NCBI GenBank assembly: GCA_041891055.1
Contig: CP169074.1
Span: forward strand, 672,001-736,000
Length of the DNA stretch: 64,000 nucleotides
Reading direction: 5' to 3'
Source: Halorutilales archaeon Cl-col2-1
Lineage (GTDB): Archaea; Halobacteriota; Halobacteria; Halobacteriales; Afararchaeaceae
Shown: piece after piece, positions 38,493 to 47,897 of the stretch
Position numbering within the stretch: position 1 is the stretch's first letter
How the letters are laid out: each line of letters begins with the position of its first letter
Program-made: the position numbers and the translations under genes
Notes under the pieces: model-generated
What the model saw: the letters and a program-made list of their open reading frames with translations, nothing else
What the model was told of the DNA's origin: nothing
Database searches by the model: none

Positions 38493-39254
38493 ATGGCAAG
38501 TCTCACGGAGATAGGCGAGGCTCTCGAGGATCTTCTGGCGAACGACGACTGGGCAGGGATCGACGCCTCGGTCAACGGGATACAGGTCGAGAACTCGGGA
38601 GAGGTAGAGAAAGCGGCGTTTGCGGTCGACGCATGTGTGGAGACTATCGACGAAGCGGCTTCGAGGGACGCCGACCTACTCGTCGTCCACCACGGGATAG
38701 TCTGGGGAAGCATAGAGAGACTCACGGGACAGAGCTACGACAGGTTCAGAAGACTCGTCGAGAACGACATCGCCCTCTACGTCTCACATCTACCACTCGA
38801 CGCCCACGGGGAGATCGGAAACAACGCAGTCCTCATACGCGAACTCGGAGGCTCTCCCGACGAGATATTTGGGGAAATAGGAGGACGCGATGTGGGTTAC
38901 GTCGGCGAACTCGACGAAGGAGTGGGATTCGAAGAGTTCGTCGAGAGGGTCGAGTCTGTTACGGGATTCGATCCCGACGTACTCGGATTCGGAGACGACG
39001 AGGTTGAGAAGGTCGCCGTCCTCACGGGTGCAGGAGGCGGACACATAGACGAGGCGGCGGATGTCGACGCAGACGTCTTCGTCTCGGGCGAGCCCAAACA
39101 CAGAGCCTACCACGACGCCAAGGAACACGGAGTCAACGCCGTCTTCGCGGGACATTACCACACTGAGACATTCGGTGTGCGCGAGCTACAGAGAGTAGTC
39201 GAGGAAGAGTTCGGAGTCGCCACGGCGTTTATAGACGCTCCGACCTCGGTCTGA
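38493..39254 (+). CDS. Nif3-like dinuclear metal protein
   Basis: NGIQV, VHHG, SHLPLDAH, AGHYHTE. Confidence 0.92.
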   Translation: MASLTEIGEALEDLLANDDWAGIDASVNGIQVENSGEVEKAAFAVDACVETIDEAASRDADLLVVHHGIVWGSIERLTGQSYDRFRRLVENDIALYVSHLPLDAHGEIGNNAVLIRELGGSPDEIFGEIGGRDVGYVGELDEGVGFEEFVERVESVTGFDPDVLGFGDDEVEKVAVLTGAGGGHIDEAADVDADVFVSGEPKHRAYHDAKEHGVNAVFAGHYHTETFGVRELQRVVEEEFGVATAFIDAPTSV

Positions 39255-39265
39255 ACCACCCTTCC

Positions 39266-39272
39266 TTTATAT
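39266..39272 (+). promoter_or_regulatory. TATA box for the C/D sRNA
   Basis: TTTATAT about 25 bp upstream of the predicted sRNA 5' end. Confidence 0.55.
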
Positions 39273-39293
39273 CTTAGCGGGCATAGAAAGACC

Positions 39294-39355
39294 GAGGCCG
39301 ATGACGAGACTCAGGACTGAACAGGAGGATGATGAACCCTATGAGTGCCGAGGCC
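39294..39355 (+). ncRNA. Box C/D guide sRNA, sR-tMet-like (predicted Cm34 guide for elongator tRNA-Met)
   Basis: Box C ATGACGA 39301-07, D' CTGA 39317-20, C' ATGATGA 39329-35, D CCGA 39348-51. The D guide ACCCTATGAGTG is antisense to CACUCAUAGGGU, and the D+5 rule lands on the C of the CAU anticodon. Terminal GGCC stem. Confidence 0.8.
39340..39353 (+). repeat. att site (left junction)
   Basis: TATGAGTGCCGAGG, identical to 45354-45367. Confidence 0.8.
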
Positions 39356-39813
39356 GACAACTATAGGACCAGCATTCGTCCTATAACTTCCAGAATGTGA
39401 CTTATAGTCGATATAATGCCAAATCCATAATTATCCAACTCACACAGCCACTGGTTGATATTGGTTGGAGATTAGAGACCGAACGACGAACAGCATAACA
39501 TTCAAGTCACGACCGAACTATCTGAATTAATATAGAGAGTTATGGTTGGTTCTTTGCGAGAAGTGCTCAGCGAGAACGAACCAGATACTCTAATAGCTAA
39601 ATTTTTATTCTTGCTAGTTTCTATATTTTCGTTACATAGCGCAGTTACAATCACAGTCTGGTGGCAGTCACTACCATTCTTTACGTTAGTTTTGATATGT
39701 GGACTACTGATCAGTGGGGGGTACGAGGATATCAAATTCACAGTGGTGAGGTTAGTTGGTATGGAGGTCACTAATTCTCAAGAAATCCGTACTACTAAAG
39801 AAGTCCAAGACCT

Positions 39814-41216
39814 CATTCGTCTTCACTTAACGGCGTAATCGAAGGATAGCAGTCGCTTATCGTGGCTCCTTTCCGAGAGGAGTGAGGAGGCGAGTCTGTG
39901 CAAGACAATGCCTCCTCACGACGAATTGAACGTCGGCTTACTACTCTTTTTCCGTCCGAGATGCTGGACGACCACGCCGAGGAGGTCGGCGTGGTCGAAC
40001 GTGACCGGGATCTCCAGATGCCTCCGCTGGTCTGGTCGCTTGTTCTCGGCTTTACTGCTGGTGAAAGCCGGTCGCTCGCTGATTTTCGACGCAGTTACAA
40101 CGCAACCGCCGATGACCCACTCTGTCCAAGTGGCTTCTATCAACGGCTGACGCCGACACTGGCGGAGTACCTGCGCGACCTCGTCGAGCGCGGTCTCGAC
40201 GAGGTCGCTGTCCCTCACACTGTCAGCGACGAGTTCAACCGATTTCGGGACATTATGAGTGCTGACGGCACTGTGCTTCGGTTACACGAGTTCCTTGCCG
40301 ATGCGTACGAAGGCCGCAAGGAGGAGCAGGCTGGAGCACGGCTCCACCTGCTCCACAACATCACCGAGCAAACTATCGACGACTACACGATCACCGACGA
40401 GAAAGACCACGACAGCACACAGTTTGACACCGGCCCGTGGCTCGAAGATCGGTTGGTGCTGTTCGATCAGGCCTACTTCAAGTACCGCCGATTTGCGCTG
40501 ATCGATGAGAACGACGGCTACTTCGTGAGTCGGCTGAAACCCGACGCAAACCCGGAGATCGTCGAGGAATTACGGGAATGGCGTGGCGACGCCATTCCCT
40601 TGGACGGCAAGCAGATTCACGATGTGGTCGATGATCTGTACCGCCAGCACATCGACGTAACGGTCGAAGCGGAGTTCAAACGCGGGCCGTACAACGGGAC
40701 ACGGTCGCTGGATACGAAGCGGTTCCGCGTCGTCGGCGTCCGCAACGAGGACGCCGACGACTACCACCTATATATCACGAATCTGCCTCAAGAAGAGTTC
40801 ACTTCTGAGGATGTAGCAACGGTATATCGGTGTCGGTGGGAAGCTGAGTTGCTGTTTCGGGAGTTAAAGACGCAGTACGAGCTGGATGAGTTCAACACGA
40901 GCAAAGAGCACGTGGTAGAGATTCTGGTGTACGCGGCACTGTTGTCGTTGCTGGTGAGCCGTGTGTTGCTTGATCTGGTCACGGAACACGCCGATAAGGA
41001 TATCGTGTTTCCGCCAGAGCGCTGGGCGGCGACCTTCCGGTCGCACGCCCAGCTTCTCCTGCATCGACTTGGTGAGTACCTCGGCTACTCACCACCGCCG
41101 CTGCTTGATCGGCTCATCGCTGAAGGACAGAAAATCCATCAGGAACGCCAAATCCTACAGGAAAAGCTCGCTACTGTCACGCAACCGACGGTGGAGGCCT
41201 AAACTGAAGACGAATG
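39814..41216 (+). mobile_element. IS4-family (ISH8-like) insertion sequence
   Basis: TIR CATTCGTCTTCA at both ends; 11-bp TSD GTCCAAGACCT (39803-13, 41217-27). Confidence 0.93.
39898..41202 (+). CDS. IS4-family DDE transposase
   Basis: ADGT, FDQAY, YRCRWEAELLFRELK (YREK motif). Confidence 0.93.
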   Translation: MQDNASSRRIERRLTTLFPSEMLDDHAEEVGVVERDRDLQMPPLVWSLVLGFTAGESRSLADFRRSYNATADDPLCPSGFYQRLTPTLAEYLRDLVERGLDEVAVPHTVSDEFNRFRDIMSADGTVLRLHEFLADAYEGRKEEQAGARLHLLHNITEQTIDDYTITDEKDHDSTQFDTGPWLEDRLVLFDQAYFKYRRFALIDENDGYFVSRLKPDANPEIVEELREWRGDAIPLDGKQIHDVVDDLYRQHIDVTVEAEFKRGPYNGTRSLDTKRFRVVGVRNEDADDYHLYITNLPQEEFTSEDVATVYRCRWEAELLFRELKTQYELDEFNTSKEHVVEILVYAALLSLLVSRVLLDLVTEHADKDIVFPPERWAATFRSHAQLLLHRLGEYLGYSPPPLLDRLIAEGQKIHQERQILQEKLATVTQPTVEA

Positions 41217-41343
41217 GTCCAAGACCTATTGAGCGATATCGACACACGTGACTTGGCAAAAATGGATGTGAATGAAGCGGAAGGGAAATTCCAATTCCAG
41301 TTTGATCGGGAGTAAAATATGATACAAGACAAAACCCAGAAAC

Positions 41344-42741
41344 ATGATTGACGAGAGAGAGTTCCGGGGCTATTGGTGGCTCCCTGAAAATCCTGATGAA
41401 AAAGTCGGTGGGATAGCATCCTTCACACCATCCGGTGGTGTTTCCTTAGAGTTGTTCTCTACTCTGAATGAGGATCCAGATTATATGGGTAGTGGCAACG
41501 TCTTTCGGCCTGATTTTATCCATGGAGTTACAACAGAAGGGGAGAGAATCACACTAAAGAACTGTATTCGAGGAAGCTATTCTATGTCTTCTTCGCAGGG
41601 GTCAGGGGTGACCAGTTCCAGCTATCAGGCGATCTCCCTCCTTTCCGGAGCACACTTCACGGAACAAATCAACTTTGACCGATTCCGTATGCAGTTCCCA
41701 CTTCTCACGAAGTGGGCAGGAGTTAGCGGTGTGAATTATTCTGGATCCGTTCTCGAAGGTGGAAAAGTTTCTGCAGGTGACACGTTCGAGATCAATTATG
41801 AATTTCCGGAATCGATCACCGCAGCATTAGACGATGTAGAACTCAAACTGATATTTAATGCTGACTTCAATATGGGGCGAGTTGGTGGTGCATCCATTGA
41901 CGAAGAAGCCTACTTTGACATTATCCCCGATTCGGGAAAGATATCATACGATGAAGCGATTGATTATACTGGAACGCTACAAGATTTTATAACCTTATCA
42001 ACTGGTAAAGAAGTTCAAGCATCCACCCTTATTGGACGATTAGAGCGGGAAAATCAACCGGGATATAATGACATAGAGATATTGTTCTCTACGGGTAGCG
42101 ATCTTAAGCTTCCGGATAGTCTACATCCCTATAAAGCGAATTTTGTCCTTGCAGATATCGTTGATGACTTCTCTGAGGTCATAGGCAATTGGTTCCAACA
42201 CTACGAGGAATTGGAACCTGTTTATAACCTCTATTTCAGCGTTCAGTATAATTCAGAGATGTATCTTCAAAACCAGCTTCTCTCTCTTACACAGGCGATA
42301 GAGACTTATCATAGAAGAGAAATCGGTGGCCAATACCTTTCTGATGATGAATTTGAGGAATTTTATGACGAACTTTGTGAGGTTATCCCTGATCAGTTTG
42401 ATGAGAGTTTCCAAGATCATTTGGAGAAGGGCACATTCAGATATGCGAATGAGTATTCGCTTAGAAAAAGATTGTCTCAATTGGTTTCAGAACAGGAAAA
42501 TATCCTTGATGAGTTGCCTATGAATATTGAGGCAAGCGTGAATAAGATCGTAAATACTCGGAATTATCTGACTCATTATGACGAGGGCATTTCTCCCCGT
42601 GCTGACACGGATGAACTCCATCCTCTAATTCTACGGTTGAGAGCTATCCTTGAAACTGTGCTTCTGTCGAATCTTGGAATACCAGAAGATCAGATTGTAG
42701 AGCGCCTCAAACAGCGCTACTCTGAACTCACAAGATCGTAG
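41344..42741 (+). CDS. ApeA-like protein (N-terminal ApeA domain plus C-terminal HEPN)
   Basis: GYWWLP start, QAIETYHR, SLRKRL, HEPN Rx4H motif RNYLTH; AT-rich. Confidence 0.8.
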   Translation: MIDEREFRGYWWLPENPDEKVGGIASFTPSGGVSLELFSTLNEDPDYMGSGNVFRPDFIHGVTTEGERITLKNCIRGSYSMSSSQGSGVTSSSYQAISLLSGAHFTEQINFDRFRMQFPLLTKWAGVSGVNYSGSVLEGGKVSAGDTFEINYEFPESITAALDDVELKLIFNADFNMGRVGGASIDEEAYFDIIPDSGKISYDEAIDYTGTLQDFITLSTGKEVQASTLIGRLERENQPGYNDIEILFSTGSDLKLPDSLHPYKANFVLADIVDDFSEVIGNWFQHYEELEPVYNLYFSVQYNSEMYLQNQLLSLTQAIETYHRREIGGQYLSDDEFEEFYDELCEVIPDQFDESFQDHLEKGTFRYANEYSLRKRLSQLVSEQENILDELPMNIEASVNKIVNTRNYLTHYDEGISPRADTDELHPLILRLRAILETVLLSNLGIPEDQIVERLKQRYSELTRS

Positions 42742-42759
42742 GGGTTAAGAGCCACAATT

Positions 42760-43495
42760 CCAAAATTTTGACACAAGATAAATATTCTTCTCTTGCATCT
42801 GATCAATCAACACGAGTATAGATGTCCATAGTCTCACTCTCCGAATCCCCACGGATGTACTGGAGGACGTGCTGTTTCATCTCCTGATTCCGCATCAAGG
42901 TCGTGAACACCGTCCGGAAGGTATGCGGTGTGAACTTCTTGTGGAACCGATCCTCGCCGTCCTCCATAATACCCTCGCTGACTGCCGCCTGACGTACGGC
43001 ACGCTGAACCACGGTCTTCGCCAGCCAGTCATCGCGGATACTCACGAACAGATAGTCCAGCTCTGTATCTCGCCAGATCAGCCTGAACCGCTTGATTGTC
43101 CGAATCGTCTCACGGTCAATCGGCACGACCGTCTGCTTCCCACATTTCCGCTCTCGGAGGCGAACGAATCCTTTGTCGAGCATCAGGTCGTCCATCTTGA
43201 TCTCCAAGGCTTCCTCCAACCGACATTCAGTCTTCGCCAGTAACACGGCGACGGCTTTGTTCCGTGGGTTCGGAATCGCCTTCACGATTTTCTTCGCGTT
43301 CTCCCAGGTCGCACAGTCCGAGCGTTGCCGGATCTGCTTCGGAATCTCCTCCAACACCACACCAGCCGGATTCCCAGTAATGTCGTCGAACCGAGGGCGC
43401 TTCATCGCGTAGCTGAAAAACACAGACAACGATTCGAGGTACCGACGTTTCGTGTTCTGACTGACTCCGCGGTCATCCAGGATACGCAGATTCCT
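42760..43495 (-). pseudogene. Tyrosine integrase, N-terminally truncated with a premature stop
   Basis: KTECR, RERK, PHTFR, RGD, DIY catalytic set. The frame continues upstream without a start (LDDRGVSQNTKRRYLESL) and past the TGA at 42803 (SDAREEYL). Ends approximate. Confidence 0.8.
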
Positions 43496-43560
43496 CTCTT
43501 GAGTGAGGAAAAGTCAGGGTACAGTGTTTAGTCGTTTGCAGTCTAAGTCCTGTTTCACGG

Positions 43561-43834
43561 TTGAACAATGATGATGTCAATGAGGCGATCCGTGAGGAGT
43601 ACGGTCTGAGCGGTGGTGAAGAAGAGGATGAAAGTGTCGAGTGCCATTTCTGTGGGGCGGAAAACAGTGATATCTACTGAATACAGGAGCTGTGGTAGAG
43701 CACTGAGTCTTGAGAATGGGTCGGCGAAAGAGGAGAAGCAAGATGTCTTAGAGCGGCTTAAGCAGCTTGATGATGAAGGAGTCCTGGATAAGCTGGAGGA
43801 TTTAGGAGAGGTTCAGTCCTCTGATGCCCGATGA
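43561..43834 (+). pseudogene. C-terminal remnant of a second integrase-like gene (Zn ribbon), frameshifted
   Basis: LNNDDVNEAIREEYGL...ECHFCGAEN, then YRSCGRAL in another frame; resembles the tail of archaeal Zn-ribbon tyrosine recombinases. Confidence 0.5.
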
Positions 43835-43873
43835 ATATATAAAATTCGGTCATTAATATTGACCGTGGTCATA

Positions 43874-44539
43874 ATGACAGACCAAACATCGCCAGGTGTC
43901 ATACTTCCTATCCCACTCGGTGAAGAACGAGTGTTCCGCAACCAAGCGATGGAAGACATAACAGAACTCCTATACAGAAACCCACACGAGGAATTCGGCG
44001 TACGACAACTTCGGGATATCACAGAACACGGAGCACAGACAACGGATACAGCGATAAAACTCCTTGAACAGGTCGACCTCATCCAAACCAGGAGAGAGGG
44101 GAACCAGAAGCTTATCAGCATCAACAGAGACCGGATACACAAACCCGATGACCCCATCCTAGAAATACCACAAGAAGAATTCAGAACCCCTGTGAACACC
44201 TTCGTGGATAGATTAGAGAACGATCAAAAGGACAACTTAGTCGGTGTTCTCCTGTTCGGTAGCGTGGCACGAGGCGAGGGCGATAGAGCCAGTGACATCG
44301 ACCTACAGGTGATCGTGGAGGAAGATCTACTGGAATCACGGAGAAGCATCCATGACATCAGACAGGAAGTCGAAGAGACGAGGTTCGGAGGAAACCGTTA
44401 CGAACTACAGGTTCTGGTAGAATCGGTAGACACCGCTGAGGATTACGGAGACAAACTTCACGAGATCTTCTCAGAAGCCATAACGCTCTACCAGACAGAC
44501 AAACTGGACGAACTACGAAAGGTGATTCTGGATGGATAA
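43874..44539 (+). CDS. HTH plus minimal nucleotidyltransferase (MNT) antitoxin-like protein
   Basis: LFGSVARGEGDRASDIDL; N-terminal wHTH. Confidence 0.85.
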   Translation: MTDQTSPGVILPIPLGEERVFRNQAMEDITELLYRNPHEEFGVRQLRDITEHGAQTTDTAIKLLEQVDLIQTRREGNQKLISINRDRIHKPDDPILEIPQEEFRTPVNTFVDRLENDQKDNLVGVLLFGSVARGEGDRASDIDLQVIVEEDLLESRRSIHDIRQEVEETRFGGNRYELQVLVESVDTAEDYGDKLHEIFSEAITLYQTDKLDELRKVILDG

Positions 44540-45026
44540 CAGCCATATTGAAGACAAGTTAGATGAAGTTCAGGAGCTCTTCGACAAGAGACCTGAAGAA
44601 ATAGAAACAGGGTTGGACGTCGACGGTGCTGAGATGCTCCAGTTACGGAAGGCATGTAGACTTCTGGAAGCAGCCAGACATCTGAAACAGGAGAACGGCT
44701 ACTACACCGTTGTCATAGAGGCTTCTTTCGCAGCGATAGAGAGGACGATCCAGTTCTACTTGGTAGACAACAACTTTCTGGATCCGGAGGAATACGTCGA
44801 CCACCGAGAAGTCTATGAGAGAGGTAGCAGAGCAGGACTATACAGCGACGGGTTCAAACAGAAGCTGATAGGTCTCTGGAGAGAAAACCGTTCACGCTCA
44901 TACTACCGAGAAGGCGTAGGCAGCAGAAAAAGAGCCGACAAGATGCTTGAACTCGCAGAAGGAGTACATAGCCACGTGACTCAGCTAGCCGGCAAAAGCC
45001 ACGAATGCATCTGCAACACGGCTTGA
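44532..45026 (+). CDS. HEPN-like partner protein
   Basis: Overlaps the MNT gene by 8 bp; helical, YYTVVIEASFAAIER, NRSRSYY. Confidence 0.65.
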   Translation: MDNSHIEDKLDEVQELFDKRPEEIETGLDVDGAEMLQLRKACRLLEAARHLKQENGYYTVVIEASFAAIERTIQFYLVDNNFLDPEEYVDHREVYERGSRAGLYSDGFKQKLIGLWRENRSRSYYREGVGSRKRADKMLELAEGVHSHVTQLAGKSHECICNTA

Positions 45027-45064
45027 CTACAAATATTTACTACGTGACTACCAAGTACTGCTGT

Positions 45065-45244
45065 ATGAACTGTTTTGCCAGAAGGATTGGAGAAGCTGAA
45101 GAACTCTTGGAAAAGGTAAAGTCCTGGAGCGAGGAAGAGATCGAGGAGTTACCTAAGCTTTACAGGGAAAAAGCAAGGGAATACAGGGGTCTTCTGCCAG
45201 ACCACTGGTCTTTTTCCACTGTTTCTTATCTTCTTCTGACATAG
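45065..45244 (+). CDS. Small hypothetical protein
   Basis: MNCFARRIGEAEELLEKVKSWSEEEIEELP...; the 3' end may be degenerate. Confidence 0.35.
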   Translation: MNCFARRIGEAEELLEKVKSWSEEEIEELPKLYREKAREYRGLLPDHWSFSTVSYLLLT

Positions 45245-45353
45245 TAGCTTCGACCTCTTTTTTGGCAGGAGACGAGCGGGTCTGTGCCCTCAACCTCGCA
45301 CATCAAACAACTACGCCTTAGCCTTTTTATTACCTACGCAGGCACCGAAAAAA

Positions 45354-45378
45354 TATGAGTGCCGAGGTCTCATCTTTC
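45354..45378 (+). repeat. att site (middle junction)
   Basis: Shares 14 bp with 39340-53 and 23 bp (TGAGTGCCGAGGTCTCATCTTTC) with 60937-59. Confidence 0.85.
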
Positions 45379-45501
45379 TATCCATACATTTCGGGAAAGA
45401 AGTGAACGAACGTCATAGAATCTCGTCTGCTACTCTCTGAGAAAGGACAGTCGTAATCAAAAGGCGAATAGAGTACACTCTGAGGCGTCACATAGGCTTA
45501 G

Positions 45502-45648
45502 TCAGTTCTTTGCTACTTGGGCCGAATAACTCTCCTCCATCCACTCCTCGGTGTGCTTGCGACTGGGGTAAATCGCAACGTAGGTCGTCTCTTCGGATAA
45601 CCCGACCTCGGTCTCCCACTCGGTCTGCTGTGGCTCGTCGTTGCTCAT
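45502..45648 (-). pseudogene. 48-aa fragment, possibly a truncated small DNA-binding protein of the integrated element
   Basis: MSNDEPQQTEWETEVGLSEETTYVAIYPSRKHTEEWMEE...; acidic, ends abruptly. Confidence 0.3.
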
Positions 45649-45785
45649 TCGTGTCTCACAGCAGACACTTACAACTGGACGTTCCTAGGCATTGTGGATA
45701 GATAGGTTCCATGTGTTGACCGTGGTTCTGCTGTCGAACTGATGCTGTCGTAAGAAATAACGGACAATCGTTTGATGAGAGAGTT

Positions 45786-47897
45786 ATGCAAACTCGTACC
45801 GAGACACTTGCCTCCTTGTATCAGGATGGATTCTTCGATATACCGTCATACCAACGTAGCTACTCGTGGGAGGAACCGCAGTTAGCGGACCTCATCGACG
45901 ACCTCCGTTATCTCCCCGAGGAAACCAACCACTTCTTCGGAAACATCATTCTCGACAAGAAGGACGAGCAGTATCAGACAGATAGGGGCAGGCGCTTCGA
46001 TGTCTACGACGTTGTTGACGGTCAACAGCGATTGACGACCGCGCTTATCCTCCTGCACGTCGCCACGCAGTTCGATGACGTGGTCGACGAGACCGTGTCG
46101 GAGGACAATCTGATATTCCCCGTTGACGAGCGCCCCCGTCTGATGCCGCAGGACCAGGACGGGGAGTTCTTTCGGGACAGTCCATTCGGTAGCGCGAGTT
46201 TAGAGTGTGAAACCCCGTCGCAGGAACGTCTCGAATACGTAAAGGAGTATTTCGAGTCGGAATTTGAGGACCTGCCCGTTCGAGAGATATCCGAACGGCT
46301 GCGCTACGACTGCAAAATCAACGTCGTCGAGATAGACAGCGACTCGGAGGCGGCGTCGATTTTCGAGAGCCTGAACGACCGCGGGAAGCCCCTATCATCG
46401 CTCGACAAAACGAAGAGCTTCCTGATGTATATGGACGACCGCTCCAGCAATCAGGGTGCTCTTGAGACGAAAATCAAGCAACGGTTCGGGAGCATCTACC
46501 GCGAGCTGTTCGTCCTCTCGAACGGGCATGACAGAGTGAGCGATTTCGACGAAGACAGTGTGCAACGGTTCCACTGGGGAATCTACGACGGATACGATTC
46601 TGACGAGTACTTCAGCAGTCTCGATACGCTCAAAGACAGACTCCGAGAGCGATACCGTAACGGCGAGTACGATACCGTTCAGGACGAAATTGACGAGTAC
46701 ACGCTGAATCTTCGTGAAGCAGCGTCGGCGTTCGCTGCACTGTTCAATCCTTCACAGCGTCCCGACGAAGTCGAATCCGCACTGAAACGTCTACTCGCAC
46801 TCGGGAGGGTTGCGAACGTTCTCCCCGTCCTGATTGCGGCACAGATGGAGTACGGTGACGATGAACCGGATAAGATGGCGGATATCATTCGCGCCTGCGA
46901 GACACTCGTCTTCCGCGTCTACGCAACCGATGGCAGGCGGGCCGATACGGGACGAGGTAGGTTAGTTCGCCTCGCTCATTCGATTCATGCAGACGATTCG
47001 TATCTGTTCGAGGACGTACTCAATCGTCTCGACTCGATTACCCGCATCTACACCGACGATGACCGCTTTGAGCGCAACCTTCGTGACCCTGACTTCTACG
47101 AGTCAATGTCGAGCCAGGACATTCGCTACTTGTTCTACCACTACGGGCAGAACCTAGACATCGAGATACGCGAAGACGTACAGCGCGACCTCGAACAAAT
47201 CCTCTCTACCTCATTCGAGGTCGAACATATCCTCGCTCGAAAACTCCCAGAGGAAGACATCCCGGAGGACCTGCGCGAGGAGTTTGACGACCACGTCCAT
47301 CGTCTCGGGAACCTCACCGTTGCGAGCGAATACTGGAACAAGAACTACGGCAACCTCCCGTTCGAGCAAAAGAAGATTGCTCCCGAGGGACGCGAAGCAG
47401 AATACAAATCATCGAACCTGCGAGTGCAGCAGAGCCTTGCCGACTATGACGAGTTCGGACGGGCAGAGATTGAGGAGCGGGAACAGAAGATAGTCGACTT
47501 TGCACTCGAAGAGTGGGGGATTGCGTCTGAGCCACAACCGTCCGGGGGGTCGAGTACCGACGAGGGCTCTGATGAGGTAGAGTACGAGAGTCTTCCGGAC
47601 AGTTTCTTCCGGCGGTTGACGAACCGACAGGAGGCGTTCATTCGAATCCTGCTCGATAACGGGAACTGGATGATGAACGAGGATGTCCGTCAGCAGATGG
47701 AGGACGACTATGACCTTGCAACGGGCGGTGGTCAAGCGATATCCGGCATCCTCTCGGGGTTCACCCGGAAATACAGCGAGGACTTCACGTATCGTCTCAT
47801 CGATTACGAATGGATGGGCGACCAGATGCAGTATCGTCTGAATCCCGACTCGGGATACATTGACGAACTACGTGAGCGACTAGAAAAGAATGCCTGA
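45786..47897 (+). CDS. DUF262 plus DUF1524 (GmrSD-like) nuclease with extra C-terminal domain
   Basis: IPSYQRSYSW, DGQQRLTT, FESLNDRG; HNH-type EHIL...LGNL...N. Confidence 0.9.
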   Translation: MQTRTETLASLYQDGFFDIPSYQRSYSWEEPQLADLIDDLRYLPEETNHFFGNIILDKKDEQYQTDRGRRFDVYDVVDGQQRLTTALILLHVATQFDDVVDETVSEDNLIFPVDERPRLMPQDQDGEFFRDSPFGSASLECETPSQERLEYVKEYFESEFEDLPVREISERLRYDCKINVVEIDSDSEAASIFESLNDRGKPLSSLDKTKSFLMYMDDRSSNQGALETKIKQRFGSIYRELFVLSNGHDRVSDFDEDSVQRFHWGIYDGYDSDEYFSSLDTLKDRLRERYRNGEYDTVQDEIDEYTLNLREAASAFAALFNPSQRPDEVESALKRLLALGRVANVLPVLIAAQMEYGDDEPDKMADIIRACETLVFRVYATDGRRADTGRGRLVRLAHSIHADDSYLFEDVLNRLDSITRIYTDDDRFERNLRDPDFYESMSSQDIRYLFYHYGQNLDIEIREDVQRDLEQILSTSFEVEHILARKLPEEDIPEDLREEFDDHVHRLGNLTVASEYWNKNYGNLPFEQKKIAPEGREAEYKSSNLRVQQSLADYDEFGRAEIEEREQKIVDFALEEWGIASEPQPSGGSSTDEGSDEVEYESLPDSFFRRLTNRQEAFIRILLDNGNWMMNEDVRQQMEDDYDLATGGGQAISGILSGFTRKYSEDFTYRLIDYEWMGDQMQYRLNPDSGYIDELRERLEKNA

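Larger units (their letters stand above)
39542..41315 (+). pseudogene. Two-TM membrane protein (119 aa reconstructed) split by the ISH8-like IS
   Basis: Removing the IS and one TSD joins ...KEVQDL to LSDIDTRDLAKMDVNEAEGKFQFQFDRE* (stop 41313-15). Confidence 0.7.
39340..45378. mobile_element. Integrated element A (defective)
   Basis: Flanked by a 14-bp direct repeat; contains integrase remnants, an IS and defence genes; lower GC. Confidence 0.75.
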
